Source: Candidatus Campbellbacteria bacterium (GTDB lineage Bacteria > Patescibacteriota > Minisyncoccia > Phycocordibacterales > CSBR16-193). Taken from it: a stretch of 64,000 nucleotides of DNA. Positions 1-9,460 of the stretch are shown piece after piece. Location of the stretch: positions 1,060-65,059 of the forward strand of contig SKHG01000054.1 of assembly GCA_007117035.1 (NCBI GenBank), read 5' to 3'. The notes beneath the pieces were generated by a model, which ran no database searches, was not told the DNA's origin, and saw only the letters and a list, made by a program, of their open reading frames with translations. The first letter of the stretch is position 1. Every line of letters starts with the position of its first letter. Position numbers and translations under genes: made by a program.

Positions 1-537
1 AACCAAAAAGAAAACAGCTACTACAATAGCTGGATATATCAGGGCATTCTTTGCTTTGTGTGTTAGGTCATACATTCTATCTAAATACTTTGCTAGATAA
101 GAGAAGATGTCACTCAACTTTCCTGCCTCTTCCCCTGCTTCAACCATATGAACATAAAACTCAGAAAAAACTTTTGGATGTTTTGAAAGTGCAGACGAGA
201 TTGAACCACCACCCTTAATATCGTTTGCCACCTCATCTAAAATATCCGCCAAAACAGGATTATCAACCTCTTCTGAGAGAAGTCTAAAAATCTGTAGAGC
301 TGATACTTGAGCTTCAAAAAGAGTTGCTATCTGTTGCGAAAGAACCACGACATCCTTGTTAGATACCGAACCAGACCAGCTCATCTCTGAAAACCAGTTA
401 CCTTTTTCGGGATTAATAGAAGAAATTATCAAACCCCGATCTTGTAAAGCTGTGATAGCTAAATCAATGTGACCAGACTCGATTGTGCCGGTCCGACCTT
501 CACCTTCCTTGTTTATTGCTTTGTATTTAAACAACAT
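1..537 (-). CDS. pilC: Type IV pilus assembly platform protein PilC/GspF family, N-terminal part. The gene runs off the left window edge, so the 3' end is truncated.
   Basis: Manual minus-strand translation from the ATG at 537 gives MLFKYKAINKEGEGRTGTIESGHID...HPKVFSEFYVHMVEAGEEAGKLSDIFSYLAKYLD. The frame is open to position 1. This is the typical GspF/PilC N-domain pattern. It sits directly downstream of pilT in the same operon. Confidence 0.6.
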   Translation of the reverse strand, partial: MLFKYKAINKEGEGRTGTIESGHIDLAITALQDRGLIISSINPEKGNWFSEMSWSGSVSNKDVVVLSQQIATLFEAQVSALQIFRLLSEEVDNPVLADILDEVANDIKGGGSISSALSKHPKVFSEFYVHMVEAGEEAGKLSDIFSYLAKYLDRMYDLTHKAKNALIYPAIVVAVFFLV

Positions 538-540
538 ATT

Positions 541-1605
541 TTATAGCATTTTTTCTAAGGAATGACGATTTAGGCTGTTGGCTAGTGCATTTTCAACCGT
601 AATCTCTCCGCGTTGAACTAAGTTGGCTAATGATTTATCTAGAGAAATCATACCCGACTCTGAAGATGTCTCTATTACAGTGTCAATTTCATGAATTCTT
701 CTTTCTCGTATTAGGTTAGCGATTGCTGTGTTGTTAATTAAAAGTTCATAAGCCGGAACCAGTCCACCCGAAACTTTAGGTACCAAGCGAATTGAGAAAA
801 TACCAGTTAAACTGCTGGATAGTTGAGCTCGAATCTGCTCCTGCTGATCGGCTGGGAATGAATCTATGATTCTATCGATTGTTTGTGAAGCAGTGTTAGT
901 ATGTAGTGTTGAAAAAACCAAGTGTCCAGTTTCAGCAGCGGTCACAGCAGTTGAGATAGTTTCGGTTTCTCGCATTTCACCAACCATCAAAACATCAACG
1001 TCTTGTCTAAACATTGCACGCAAAGCTGAAGGAAAATCTTCTGCATCAGACCTAACCTCTCTTTGGTCAATTATAGATTTTTTGGGTTTAAAGACATACT
1101 CCATTGGGTCTTCGATTGTAACAATATGTTCTGAGCGCTCTTCGTTAATCATTTCAATCATTGCAGCTAAGGTTGTACTTTTTCCGTTTCCAATTGGACC
1201 AACCACTAAAAAGAATCCTTGATTTAGTTTAGTAAATTCTTTTAAAGACTCTGGCAATCCTAATTCATCAAATGTCTTAATTTCTGATGGAATCAATCTA
1301 AGAGCAATAGAGATCTTACCTCGTCTAAAAAAAACATTACCTCGGAAACGAACATCCAAATCCTCTACAGCAAAAGAAAAATCGATGTCTCGTTTTTCTT
1401 TTAAAACAGCTAAACCCTCGCTGGACAAAAAAATATCCAAAAAAATCTCTATATCTTCTCTGGTCAGAACACTTTCTTTACTAATCGGATCTAAGACTCC
1501 ATAACTTCTTAAAATCGGCACTCTCCCTTCGGACAAATGAAGATCCGAACTTTGTTCGTCTAAAGCTAACTTAATTAGTCTATTTAAAGTATCTGATTTT
1601 GTCAT
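541..1605 (-). CDS. pilT: Twitching-motility (retraction) ATPase PilT
   Basis: 354 aa. Walker A is GPIGNGKSTT. Conserved PilT/GspE hexameric ATPase blocks are present (IEDPMEY, HLVFSTLHTN). Confidence 0.85.
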   Translation of the reverse strand: MTKSDTLNRLIKLALDEQSSDLHLSEGRVPILRSYGVLDPISKESVLTREDIEIFLDIFLSSEGLAVLKEKRDIDFSFAVEDLDVRFRGNVFFRRGKISIALRLIPSEIKTFDELGLPESLKEFTKLNQGFFLVVGPIGNGKSTTLAAMIEMINEERSEHIVTIEDPMEYVFKPKKSIIDQREVRSDAEDFPSALRAMFRQDVDVLMVGEMRETETISTAVTAAETGHLVFSTLHTNTASQTIDRIIDSFPADQQEQIRAQLSSSLTGIFSIRLVPKVSGGLVPAYELLINNTAIANLIRERRIHEIDTVIETSSESGMISLDKSLANLVQRGEITVENALANSLNRHSLEKML

Positions 1606-1610
1606 ATTTT

Positions 1611-2021
1611 TTAGTTTTTTGATTTATTATCCTTAAATATTTCCATAACTTCTGAAACTACTTCTGATGGAATAGTAGTTGCTTTAACAATGTACCCTGC
1701 TACTCCAAGTTCTTTTGCTTTATCAATGTCATGCTGATTACCTTGATTGGTCAACATAATAATAACAGTGTTATCAGCCAAATTTTCTTCCCTCATCTTC
1801 TCCAAAATCTCTAAACCGTTAATATCAGGCATAATAATATCAAGCAAGATAACATCAGGAGATATCTCTTTGTTTCGCAATTTGTCCAACACTTGTTTAC
1901 CGTTCTGAATAGATGAAGTCTCTATTCCTTGATTCTTAAACTTCAAGGAATACATATTTAATAGGAATGTATCATCATCTACCACCAACACGCTTTTTGG
2001 TCTTACTTCATTATCACTCAT
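1611..2021 (-). CDS. Single-domain CheY-like response regulator receiver protein, embedded in the pilus operon (PilH/PilG-like)
   Basis: 136 aa. VLVVDDD with the phospho-acceptor Asp context (DIIMPDINGLE) and the conserved Lys region (GYIVK). Confidence 0.8.
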   Translation of the reverse strand: MSDNEVRPKSVLVVDDDTFLLNMYSLKFKNQGIETSSIQNGKQVLDKLRNKEISPDVILLDIIMPDINGLEILEKMREENLADNTVIIMLTNQGNQHDIDKAKELGVAGYIVKATTIPSEVVSEVMEIFKDNKSKN

Positions 2022-2084
2022 AATTTTATATAATTATCTTAACGCTTTAAATATGTTACCACACTCTGAAATAAAATAACAAAA

Positions 2085-3830
2085 CTAAAAACTACTAACT
2101 TCTGTAAAAGGAATCTCCCCTCTTAAGGCTTTGAGTAGGGCGTCATTTTTCATACTCATCATTCCTTTTTCCTTAGCCACTTTTTCTAAATTCAGTTCGT
2201 TTGGATCTTCGATTATAACCCTCTCTATATCCTCGTCCTTACTTAGTATCTCCATAATCGCTGTTCGTCCTTGTAGACCAGTTGGACAATCTGAACTTGA
2301 ACCAGGTCCGTACACTACTTTTGGAAACTCAATAGTATTCCTAATTTCCTCCGGTAGTTCAGAGATATATTTTTCAACCAAAGCCTTCGTACTACCAGCA
2401 ACTGGAATCTCCTCTCTGGCCTCGGGACAAAGTTTTGGAACCAAACGCTGAGATGCAGCTAACACCAATGTTGGAGCTATTAAATAAGGATCAACCCCCA
2501 TGTTGATTAATCGTGGAATTACACCGATTGCGTTGTTGGTGTGAATAGTTGAAAGAACCAAATGCCCTGTCAGAGAAGCTTGAATAGCCAGTTGTGCTGT
2601 TTCTTTATCTCGAATCTCACCGACCATAATAATATCAGGGTCTTGGCGCAAAATAGTTCTAAGACCGTTTGCAAAGGTGTAGCCAATGTCATCTCTAACC
2701 TGCGACTGGCTAACCCCGTCAATATTATACTCAACAGGATCCTCCAAACTTAAAACATTGTTTTTTATCTTATCAAACTCCTGTAACAAAGAATAAAGCG
2801 TGGTGGTTTTTCCAGAACCGGTCGGACCGGAAATTAAGATAATTCCAAAAGGCCTATTAATTGCTTCTCGCATAGTTTTAAGACCTTTTTCTCCTAAACC
2901 AATTTCATCCAATGACTTTACCCCCTTATCTCTATCCAAGATTCTCATCACGACCTTTTCACCATAGTATGTTGGAAAAGTTGAAACTCGGAAATCAATC
3001 TTTCGACCTTCGATTCTAGCCGTAAACCTACCGTCTTGAGGTTTTCTTTTCTCATCCAATTTCATATTAGATAGAATCTTAATTCTAGCGGTAACAGCTG
3101 AATGAACTTTGGTTGGCAGAATCAAACTAGTATTCATTTCACCATCAACTCTAAATCGAACTCGGATGTCCTTTTCCATAGGTTCAATGTGAACATCGGA
3201 GGAAGAACCGTCTGCTGCATAACGTAAAATAGTAGCTACAATCTTTGTAACCGGAGCATCTTCAATAACTCTAATGTCACCTTTTCCTTCAGCTTTCAAA
3301 AGTTTTTCTCCAATATCAGGAACACCTGCATCCTTTTCTTCTGGTCCCCCACGTTCAATCTCGAACTCTCTTTCAAGTTCAGACAAAGCCTCTTTCACCT
3401 CAACAGAAAGACCTCTGTAGCGATTTAAAACTTTATCAAAAAACTGACTTGTGATAACAAAAAGCTTGTATGTAATACCGTGCTTAGAAGCAATGAAATT
3501 CAAAGCATCTCTTGTTTCTATCTCATCTGGATTTAAGGCACCCACCTCCAAAACTCCGTCTTCAAACCTAAGAGGGATCATTTTGTAGTATTTTGCTGAT
3601 TCTTCTGGAATATATTCTAAAATAGATTTAGAAATAGTTTCGGAATCAATGTCAGCGATCGGAATATTTAAATAATTACTCTTTTCTTCAGCTACCTTGT
3701 CTGAAGAAATACCATTTTTATCTAAAACAAACTCTACCGAGGATCCGGTAGATTCAACTTCTTTTTGAATGTCAGAAGCCTGCTTCTGATCAATTATTTT
3801 TTTCTTAACTAAAGCCTTAAGAATATTCAT
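2085..3830 (-). CDS. pilB: Type IV pilus assembly ATPase PilB/GspE family (copy 1)
   Basis: 581 aa. N-terminal GSPII-type domain. Walker A GPTGSGKTTT. Motifs VEDPVEY and LVLSTIHTNNA. Confidence 0.85.
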   Translation of the reverse strand: MNILKALVKKKIIDQKQASDIQKEVESTGSSVEFVLDKNGISSDKVAEEKSNYLNIPIADIDSETISKSILEYIPEESAKYYKMIPLRFEDGVLEVGALNPDEIETRDALNFIASKHGITYKLFVITSQFFDKVLNRYRGLSVEVKEALSELEREFEIERGGPEEKDAGVPDIGEKLLKAEGKGDIRVIEDAPVTKIVATILRYAADGSSSDVHIEPMEKDIRVRFRVDGEMNTSLILPTKVHSAVTARIKILSNMKLDEKRKPQDGRFTARIEGRKIDFRVSTFPTYYGEKVVMRILDRDKGVKSLDEIGLGEKGLKTMREAINRPFGIILISGPTGSGKTTTLYSLLQEFDKIKNNVLSLEDPVEYNIDGVSQSQVRDDIGYTFANGLRTILRQDPDIIMVGEIRDKETAQLAIQASLTGHLVLSTIHTNNAIGVIPRLINMGVDPYLIAPTLVLAASQRLVPKLCPEAREEIPVAGSTKALVEKYISELPEEIRNTIEFPKVVYGPGSSSDCPTGLQGRTAIMEILSKDEDIERVIIEDPNELNLEKVAKEKGMMSMKNDALLKALRGEIPFTEVSSF

Positions 3831-3913
3831 AAAAATAAAATATAAACTCGATCGTACACCAACTCTATACTCATTGAGTCTTTTAGAGACGGGAGATCAA
3901 AATACCATCTAGA

Positions 3914-4201
3914 TTACTGCTGATCAAACGGATTGTTCCGACCAACTCCGTCTCCTCCCTCCTGAACTGGTCTTTCAAAACTTCTAAAATTCGAAAGAGT
4001 ATTAAAAAGTTTTGTATCTTCAGAAGTAACTCTCGCCTCACTAATCACCGAGGTTCGGATGTTTATTTCTTCAATGTTTCGAACTTCAACGCCCGGTATA
4101 ATACCTTGATGATTAGACCAAATTGAAAGATACAACCAAGCAAAAGCTATTAAAAACAAGAGTAGGAGATATGTGTATATGTTTTTTTGTTTTGTTTCCA
4201 T
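3914..4201 (-). CDS. Small membrane-anchored protein in the pilus operon (possible PilP-like component)
   Basis: Likely start at the internal Met (METKQKNIYTYLLLLFLIAFAWLYL), followed by one TM helix. The position between pilO and pilB matches pilP of pilMNOP operons. No sequence motif was recognised. Confidence 0.3.
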   Translation of the reverse strand: METKQKNIYTYLLLLFLIAFAWLYLSIWSNHQGIIPGVEVRNIEEINIRTSVISEARVTSEDTKLFNTLSNFRSFERPVQEGGDGVGRNNPFDQQ

Positions 4202-4211
4202 AGTTTTATGT

Positions 4212-4739
4212 TTATTTAAACCAGTACAACTGAAGACCAACTGAAAACTGAGCACTCTCTTCCCCTCCCTTAACAGAAATCGAGGTTATCTCAAAAAATC
4301 GTAAACTATTTTCAATATTACGCAAAAACTGTAAGAAGTTGCTGTAACTTGAACTAAAAGTAATTTGAATGTTTTGAACTCCTAAACTTTGGTCTGCTTG
4401 TTGGTTTCCTGTGTTCCTATCAAAACCCTCTGTAATTCTAGCTGAATCCAAACTTACACCACTCTGACCTGCAATACTGGACAATGACATCATTGTTCTT
4501 GCGTCATCTCTTTCGTTCGGTAAAAAAGTATTTAGTAATTCATGATTCGATTGAGCTCTAGTCATGGTGTTTTCTACCTCTGACCTCACATTTTGCAGAT
4601 AATCAAATTTTTCTTCAACGTTCAAAGCTTTTTCCCTTTCTTCCCAAAGGATTTTAACTGATCCGTACATTCCGTCTATAAAAAAGAAAAACAGCGCTAA
4701 GGTTATCAGTATTAGAAATGTTGAAAAGAGTGATTTCAT
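4212..4739 (-). CDS. pilO: PilO-like pilus inner-membrane alignment protein
   Basis: 175 aa. N-terminal TM helix, then a coiled-coil and a periplasmic domain. Synteny with pilM and pilN. Confidence 0.5.
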   Translation of the reverse strand: MKSLFSTFLILITLALFFFFIDGMYGSVKILWEEREKALNVEEKFDYLQNVRSEVENTMTRAQSNHELLNTFLPNERDDARTMMSLSSIAGQSGVSLDSARITEGFDRNTGNQQADQSLGVQNIQITFSSSYSNFLQFLRNIENSLRFFEITSISVKGGEESAQFSVGLQLYWFK

Positions 4740-4743
4740 ATTA

Positions 4744-5313
4744 TTATTGATCTAAAGTATTACGCCTAAGATTGCTTCCTTTAAAATTGAGGTTTAGCTG
4801 AAAACTTATCTGACCTCCAGAAACAGCCAGACCCTCTATTGTGAAGTTCTGAATCTCATCAACACCTTTCAAAACATCACTCTGAAACGCAACCGCACCA
4901 AAACTTCTAGCTTGGGCTCCCAAAACAACGTTCGGGTTTCCACTCGGTACTGATTTAACATTTGCTGTAACATAACTAACTCCAGAGACAGTGTTACGGT
5001 TGATTAAATTTATAACTTGATATGAACTTATTCCATTACTCAACATTTTCTCACCTAAGGTCACCTTTTGACTAACATCACGTACTCTTAAGAAAAGATC
5101 TTCTTCTAGAGCTTCATCAACAATTTGCACCTTTTCAGCAATTTTTGATATGTCACTTATAAGCCATTTCTCAAATGTAAACAAGAAAGCCATAGCAATT
5201 AAAGCGACAACCAAAAACAAAATAGCAAAATGCCCATAAGAATCAAGGAGGGTGATTTCTTTTTTTTGTCTCTTTGGTATAAAGGACGGCTGTTGAAATT
5301 TATTTTCTGACAC
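4744..5313 (-). CDS. pilN: PilN-like pilus inner-membrane protein
   Basis: 189 aa. Short cytoplasmic N-terminus, one TM helix and a periplasmic domain. Sits immediately downstream of pilM. Confidence 0.5.
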   Translation of the reverse strand: MSENKFQQPSFIPKRQKKEITLLDSYGHFAILFLVVALIAMAFLFTFEKWLISDISKIAEKVQIVDEALEEDLFLRVRDVSQKVTLGEKMLSNGISSYQVINLINRNTVSGVSYVTANVKSVPSGNPNVVLGAQARSFGAVAFQSDVLKGVDEIQNFTIEGLAVSGGQISFQLNLNFKGSNLRRNTLDQ

Positions 5314-5390
5314 AGTTATTTTGTTTAATTTTCTAAATTATACCACACACTGATTTTATAAATACACAAACATAATGTGTATAACTAAAA

Positions 5391-6458
5391 TTAATTATCC
5401 TGAAGACCTCTCAAAGCAACACCAACCGCTACTGAAAATGAAGGACCTATCTCTGAAAGAGTCTCTTGCAAAAATTCAGGTGCGATCACAGAATCAAAAG
5501 GTCTAGCTACTCGAGTCTTGATACTTAATCTCTCAGAAACAAACTCGCCCAGACCTTTTAGTGCCGAACCACCTCCAGACAAAATAACTTCATCAATAGC
5601 TAATGAATTTTTGTTTTGATAATTAGTAATCAATCTTTCAATTTCAGCAAAAATATATTCCAAGTTCATTTCAACAGCCTTTTTTATATTAGGATTATTT
5701 TTAGAAAGACCAATGTCTCTTTTAACCATCTCCGCTTCTTTAATATCGAGTCCGGATGATTTTGATATAGCAGCAGAGATGTCTTGTGATCCCCGACCGA
5801 TCGTGTGGGAGACCTCGATATTACCTTCTAAAATAACATAAAAATTAGTTGAGTTTGCGCCCATATCAATTATGATAGATGGCTTACTGAAATCAGTGTT
5901 AAGTAGTGCTCTGGCTGCGCTAAAGACCTCAATCTCATAGAACAAGATGTCCAATTTAACACCTTCTGAGATCTGCTTATATTTCTCAATTATATTATTA
6001 TGAATCGCAACCAAAAGTATCTTCAACTGCTCAACACCCGAAACTTCAGTTGTACCAATAACCGACCAATCCAGAGTGACTTCATCTAAAGAACTAGGAA
6101 TATATTTTCGAGCTTCAATCGGTACCATTTCGTTAAGTTGCTTTTCTGGAACTTTCGGCATCTTGATTAAAGAAACCATACTGGACCGAAAAGGAATTGC
6201 CATTCCAGCGACTTTAGTATTGATATTTGAATCAAGCAATAAAGATGATGTCCCAGCGACAATTTTCTCAATTGGTAGACTTGTTGCTTGTCCAACAACT
6301 TTGTTAACATAAGAAGCAAGAGAAAACTCTCCGTAGGAATCAAGGTAGACCTTACCTGATGTTTTGTGAAGCTGAACAATCTTTACAGATGAACTTCCAA
6401 TATCAACGCCGATTACTTTTTGATCTTTATTTTTTATGAAATTAGACAGGAGTCCCAT
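5391..6458 (-). CDS. pilM: Type IV pilus assembly protein PilM (actin-like ATPase fold)
   Basis: 355 aa. N-terminal VIGVDIGSSSVKIVQL phosphate-1 motif and GGGS adenosine motif of the actin/FtsA/PilM family. Confidence 0.75.
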   Translation of the reverse strand: MGLLSNFIKNKDQKVIGVDIGSSSVKIVQLHKTSGKVYLDSYGEFSLASYVNKVVGQATSLPIEKIVAGTSSLLLDSNINTKVAGMAIPFRSSMVSLIKMPKVPEKQLNEMVPIEARKYIPSSLDEVTLDWSVIGTTEVSGVEQLKILLVAIHNNIIEKYKQISEGVKLDILFYEIEVFSAARALLNTDFSKPSIIIDMGANSTNFYVILEGNIEVSHTIGRGSQDISAAISKSSGLDIKEAEMVKRDIGLSKNNPNIKKAVEMNLEYIFAEIERLITNYQNKNSLAIDEVILSGGGSALKGLGEFVSERLSIKTRVARPFDSVIAPEFLQETLSEIGPSFSVAVGVALRGLQDN

Positions 6459-6550
6459 ATTATTTTTATTTAAAATTAGGATATAATTTAATGACCGTTT
6501 AGATAATAATAACGCAATTTTGTTAAATAGGAAATGAAAACAGAATAAAT

Positions 6551-7192
6551 ATGTGGATAAAAATTAAAAATAATATATTAGATATCCTTTTTCCTTTAAA
6601 TAAGTTAGAGAGGACGGTCACAAACACAAACCCTTCAGAGTTTCTACAGGTGGTACCACGTGCTGTTAACTCACCTTATCCAGACACTGTAGTCATATTA
6701 CAGTACAGACACAGTCTAGTCAGAACAGCTATCCATCTTTTAAAATACAAAGGTAACTTGGAGGCCACAAAACTTCTTAGTGACATACTGTCCGATCGGA
6801 TTGATTACGAGATAAGTAAACAGAACATAAATAATCCAATAATTATCCCGATTCCAATAAGCAAAAATAAGTTAAAAGAACGGGGTTTTAATCAAACCGA
6901 AAGAATGTGTAAAATGATTCAGAAAAACAAAAACCGAAACAGTCTTGATTTCCAGTACAATCTATTGAAAAAAATAAAAGAGACCAAAAACCAAACCGAG
7001 ATAAAAAAGAGAGAGGCAAGGTTAAAAAACCTGCTAGGTGTATTTTCAGTATCAAACTCAAGTATAATTAAAGATCGAGAAATTATTGTGATAGACGATG
7101 TAACTACTACTGGAGCAACTCTCAAAGAAGCTTCACGAGCTCTTTACCAAGTTGGAGCCAAAAAGGTTATCTCAATTGTCTTAGCACATTAA
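6551..7192 (+). CDS. comF: ComF-family phosphoribosyltransferase-domain protein (competence protein ComFC-like)
   Basis: 213 aa. C-terminal PRTase PRPP-binding signature IIVIDDVTTTGATL. No N-terminal zinc finger. Confidence 0.65.
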   Translation: MWIKIKNNILDILFPLNKLERTVTNTNPSEFLQVVPRAVNSPYPDTVVILQYRHSLVRTAIHLLKYKGNLEATKLLSDILSDRIDYEISKQNINNPIIIPIPISKNKLKERGFNQTERMCKMIQKNKNRNSLDFQYNLLKKIKETKNQTEIKKREARLKNLLGVFSVSNSSIIKDREIIVIDDVTTTGATLKEASRALYQVGAKKVISIVLAH

Positions 7193-7262
7193 GATAAAAA
7201 TATGATTTAGGGTAGTTTATTTAATACAAATAACTCCTACTTGTATTAAATTAATAATACTT

Positions 7263-7772
7263 TTAATTATTTTTTGAAACAAAAAGTTGATTTATATCTC
7301 TCAAAGAAGTGAGTCTCACTACCTTATGATTATATGGTTCTAGCATCTCTCTAAGAGGCGGGAGATGGTTCCTATATCCTTTCTTAAATTTTTTATACGT
7401 CACATGCTTAAGAAGTCTACAGATGTCAATTATTCTTTCATTTTTGCGTGTTAAGAAACGTTTTATTAAGTAATAATATTGATAAAAAATTGAATTAAAT
7501 TCAAGAAGATATATTACATCAGCTTTTTCAATACCTTTTCTAAACAATCTTCGGGTTGTTCCCTCTATTATCCATTCACTTTTTTTATAAATCTCACTTA
7601 TTTCTTCCTCACTCTTTTTTTTATCGTTTGGTATCGTAAACTTAACTTTCCATAAATAATCATCTGTCTGGTAATAAGGTATTCTTGTTTCTTTTGAAAA
7701 ATTTTTTGCAAGTGTTGTTTTTCCTCTTCCAGCATCTCCAACTATAAGAATTTTTCTTACTGTAGTATTCAT
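7263..7772 (-). CDS. P-loop NTPase of the adenylate-kinase-like or FlaR topology-modulation family
   Basis: 169 aa. Walker A GDAGRGKTTLAK. Overall layout resembles FlaR-like kinases (P-loop, then YYQTDDYLW, then WIIEG). Confidence 0.45.
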   Translation of the reverse strand: MNTTVRKILIVGDAGRGKTTLAKNFSKETRIPYYQTDDYLWKVKFTIPNDKKKSEEEISEIYKKSEWIIEGTTRRLFRKGIEKADVIYLLEFNSIFYQYYYLIKRFLTRKNERIIDICRLLKHVTYKKFKKGYRNHLPPLREMLEPYNHKVVRLTSLRDINQLFVSKNN

Positions 7773-7829
7773 GCTTATAACATATATTAATACAAGTATT
7801 TTAACTTATTTAATTACTCAAGTCTCACT

Positions 7830-7866
7830 CCGATACTAAATTTTATTGACGGAGAGGGAGAAATCC
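7830..7866. repeat. Degenerate direct copy of the tRNA-Ser 3' end plus its adjacent flank (candidate attL-like remnant)
   Basis: The 13-nt exact match ccgatactaaatt occurs at 7830-7842 and at 9444-9456. Of the next 24 nt, 16 match the tRNA-Ser 3' acceptor/T-arm segment at 9457-9480. Both copies are in the same orientation. Confidence 0.5.
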
Positions 7867-8016
7867 TAACTAATTGGGTCGCACCTTTCTCATAAACATT
7901 GAACATACTGAGTATTTTAGGATTGATTGATTGATTTTGCTTTATTACATATTCCTAACACCCTTGCATTATCTAATGTAATCATATATAATCTAATGTA
8001 TTAAATATATAAGATT

Positions 8017-9075
8017 ATGAATCATAAATTCAATAAACGAATACAATTGAATATATCTGATATATTCGAAAAAATCGATATAATGGATGAATTAAAAAAT
8101 CATTGGACTTCAGGCGCTAAATTAGACCATCAAATTTTGAGTGGACTTAAAAAATCAGTTTTAATTACATCAACTGGTGCTTCTACTCGTATCGAAGGCT
8201 CTTCCCTATCTGATGATGATGTTGAGAGACTAATGAGAGGACTTTCAATGCAGAAATTCACAAACAGAGACAAAAACGAAGTCCGAGGATATTTCGAATT
8301 ACTAACAAATGTTTTTGAAACATATAACACTATTCCTTTTTCAGAAAGCACTATAAAATTCTTTCATAAAGAATTATTAAAATATGTAGAGAAAGACAAA
8401 GAACATAGAGGAAAATATAAGTCTACGGACAACAAAGTGGCAATGGTTTCAGCAACTGGAGAACCAGAGCAAATTTTGTTCGATACAACAGGAGCATGGC
8501 TCACACCAAAAGAAATGACGGAGCTAGTTGAGTGGACACAGAATGCATTTTTGGAGAAAGAAATTCATCCTCTGTTAATAATAGCTAATTTCGTAGTTGA
8601 GTTTTTGCAAATTCACCCATTTACCGACGGAAATGGTCGTCTTTCTCGTGTCTTAACAAATCTTCTATTACTCCAACACGGATATTCATACGTTCCATAC
8701 ATTTCTCACGAAAAAATTATTGAAAACAATAAGATTGGTTATTATCTTGCACTGCGAAACAGTCAAAAAACATTCGGCACTGAAAATGAAAATTTAACAC
8801 CATGGTTAAATTTCTTTTTTGGTGTTTTGATTGAACAAGCAGACAAAGCGCTGGAATTAATTTCAGACACAGAAGTTTCAAAATTACTTTCTCCACAACA
8901 GCAAAAAATTTGGGAATATATTTCATCGAAGGACAACGAAGTAACTCCTATTGAAATTTCAAGACAGACAAAAATCCCACGACCAACTGTCAGCCAGGCG
9001 CTTGATAAGCTGTTGCGACTAAAATGGGTTGAGAGGATCGGTTTAGGACGAGGAACGAGATATAGGAGAAGATAA
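8017..9075 (+). CDS. Fic/DOC family protein (class II Fic with N-terminal inhibitory motif; AMPylator-like) with C-terminal winged-helix domain
   Basis: 352 aa. Canonical Fic motif HPFTDGNGRLSR. An upstream STRIEG matches the (S/T)xxxE(G/N) auto-inhibition motif. The C-terminus is HTH-like (VTPIEISRQTKIPRPTVSQALDKL). Confidence 0.85.
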   Translation: MNHKFNKRIQLNISDIFEKIDIMDELKNHWTSGAKLDHQILSGLKKSVLITSTGASTRIEGSSLSDDDVERLMRGLSMQKFTNRDKNEVRGYFELLTNVFETYNTIPFSESTIKFFHKELLKYVEKDKEHRGKYKSTDNKVAMVSATGEPEQILFDTTGAWLTPKEMTELVEWTQNAFLEKEIHPLLIIANFVVEFLQIHPFTDGNGRLSRVLTNLLLLQHGYSYVPYISHEKIIENNKIGYYLALRNSQKTFGTENENLTPWLNFFFGVLIEQADKALELISDTEVSKLLSPQQQKIWEYISSKDNEVTPIEISRQTKIPRPTVSQALDKLLRLKWVERIGLGRGTRYRRR

Positions 9076-9342
9076 GGTAATTTTGTAACAATTACCATGC
9101 TTCAACAAACCTAGATAGGATTGTATCGTTTCCTTCTCAACATCTTTTTTATGGCAATTTTTAACAGCTCTTCTTTTAGTCTTAGTTCGTAAAATTCTAT
9201 GGTTAGGAAAATGAATCCAACCCAAATAATCAATACCTGAGTAAACAGATTCAATAAATTCATTCCATTCATCTGAATCTTTTGAGGGAATATTTTTTAA
9301 TGCCTCAAATTCCTTTATTCTTTCGTCCTTAAGCCTTTTCAT
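9043..9342 (-). CDS. Hypothetical protein; may be spurious or a gene remnant
   Basis: 99-aa ORF that overlaps the Fic 3' end by 33 bp in a convergent arrangement. No recognisable domain. Confidence 0.2.
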   Translation of the reverse strand: MKRLKDERIKEFEALKNIPSKDSDEWNEFIESVYSGIDYLGWIHFPNHRILRTKTKRRAVKNCHKKDVEKETIQSYLGLLKHGNCYKITLSSPISRSSS

Positions 9343-9460
9343 TAATTTGTAATCAGCGACTTTTAAATGAGTTCCTTCCTCATTAAGACTTTTCGATGTT
9401 TTTTAAAAAGACGAAAGCCCTAAAAATAAGGCTCCTGGGTCTGCCGATACTAAATTGTCT

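Noticed and set aside
866-1222. Antisense or embedded ORFs inside well-supported genes. Examples: 866-1222, 2131-2451, 2562-2753, 6076-6379, 8130-8351, 8717-9098, 10968-11192, 12735-13216, 24372-25478, 28581-29519, 30183-30665, 40763-41125, 41242-41553, 42852-43155, 45184-45531, 47710-48165, 52069-52697, 56496-57095.
   Set aside because: Each lies entirely within, and on the opposite strand or an alternate frame of, a CDS with strong family-level motifs. Their translations are low-complexity with no recognisable domains, as expected for shadow ORFs.
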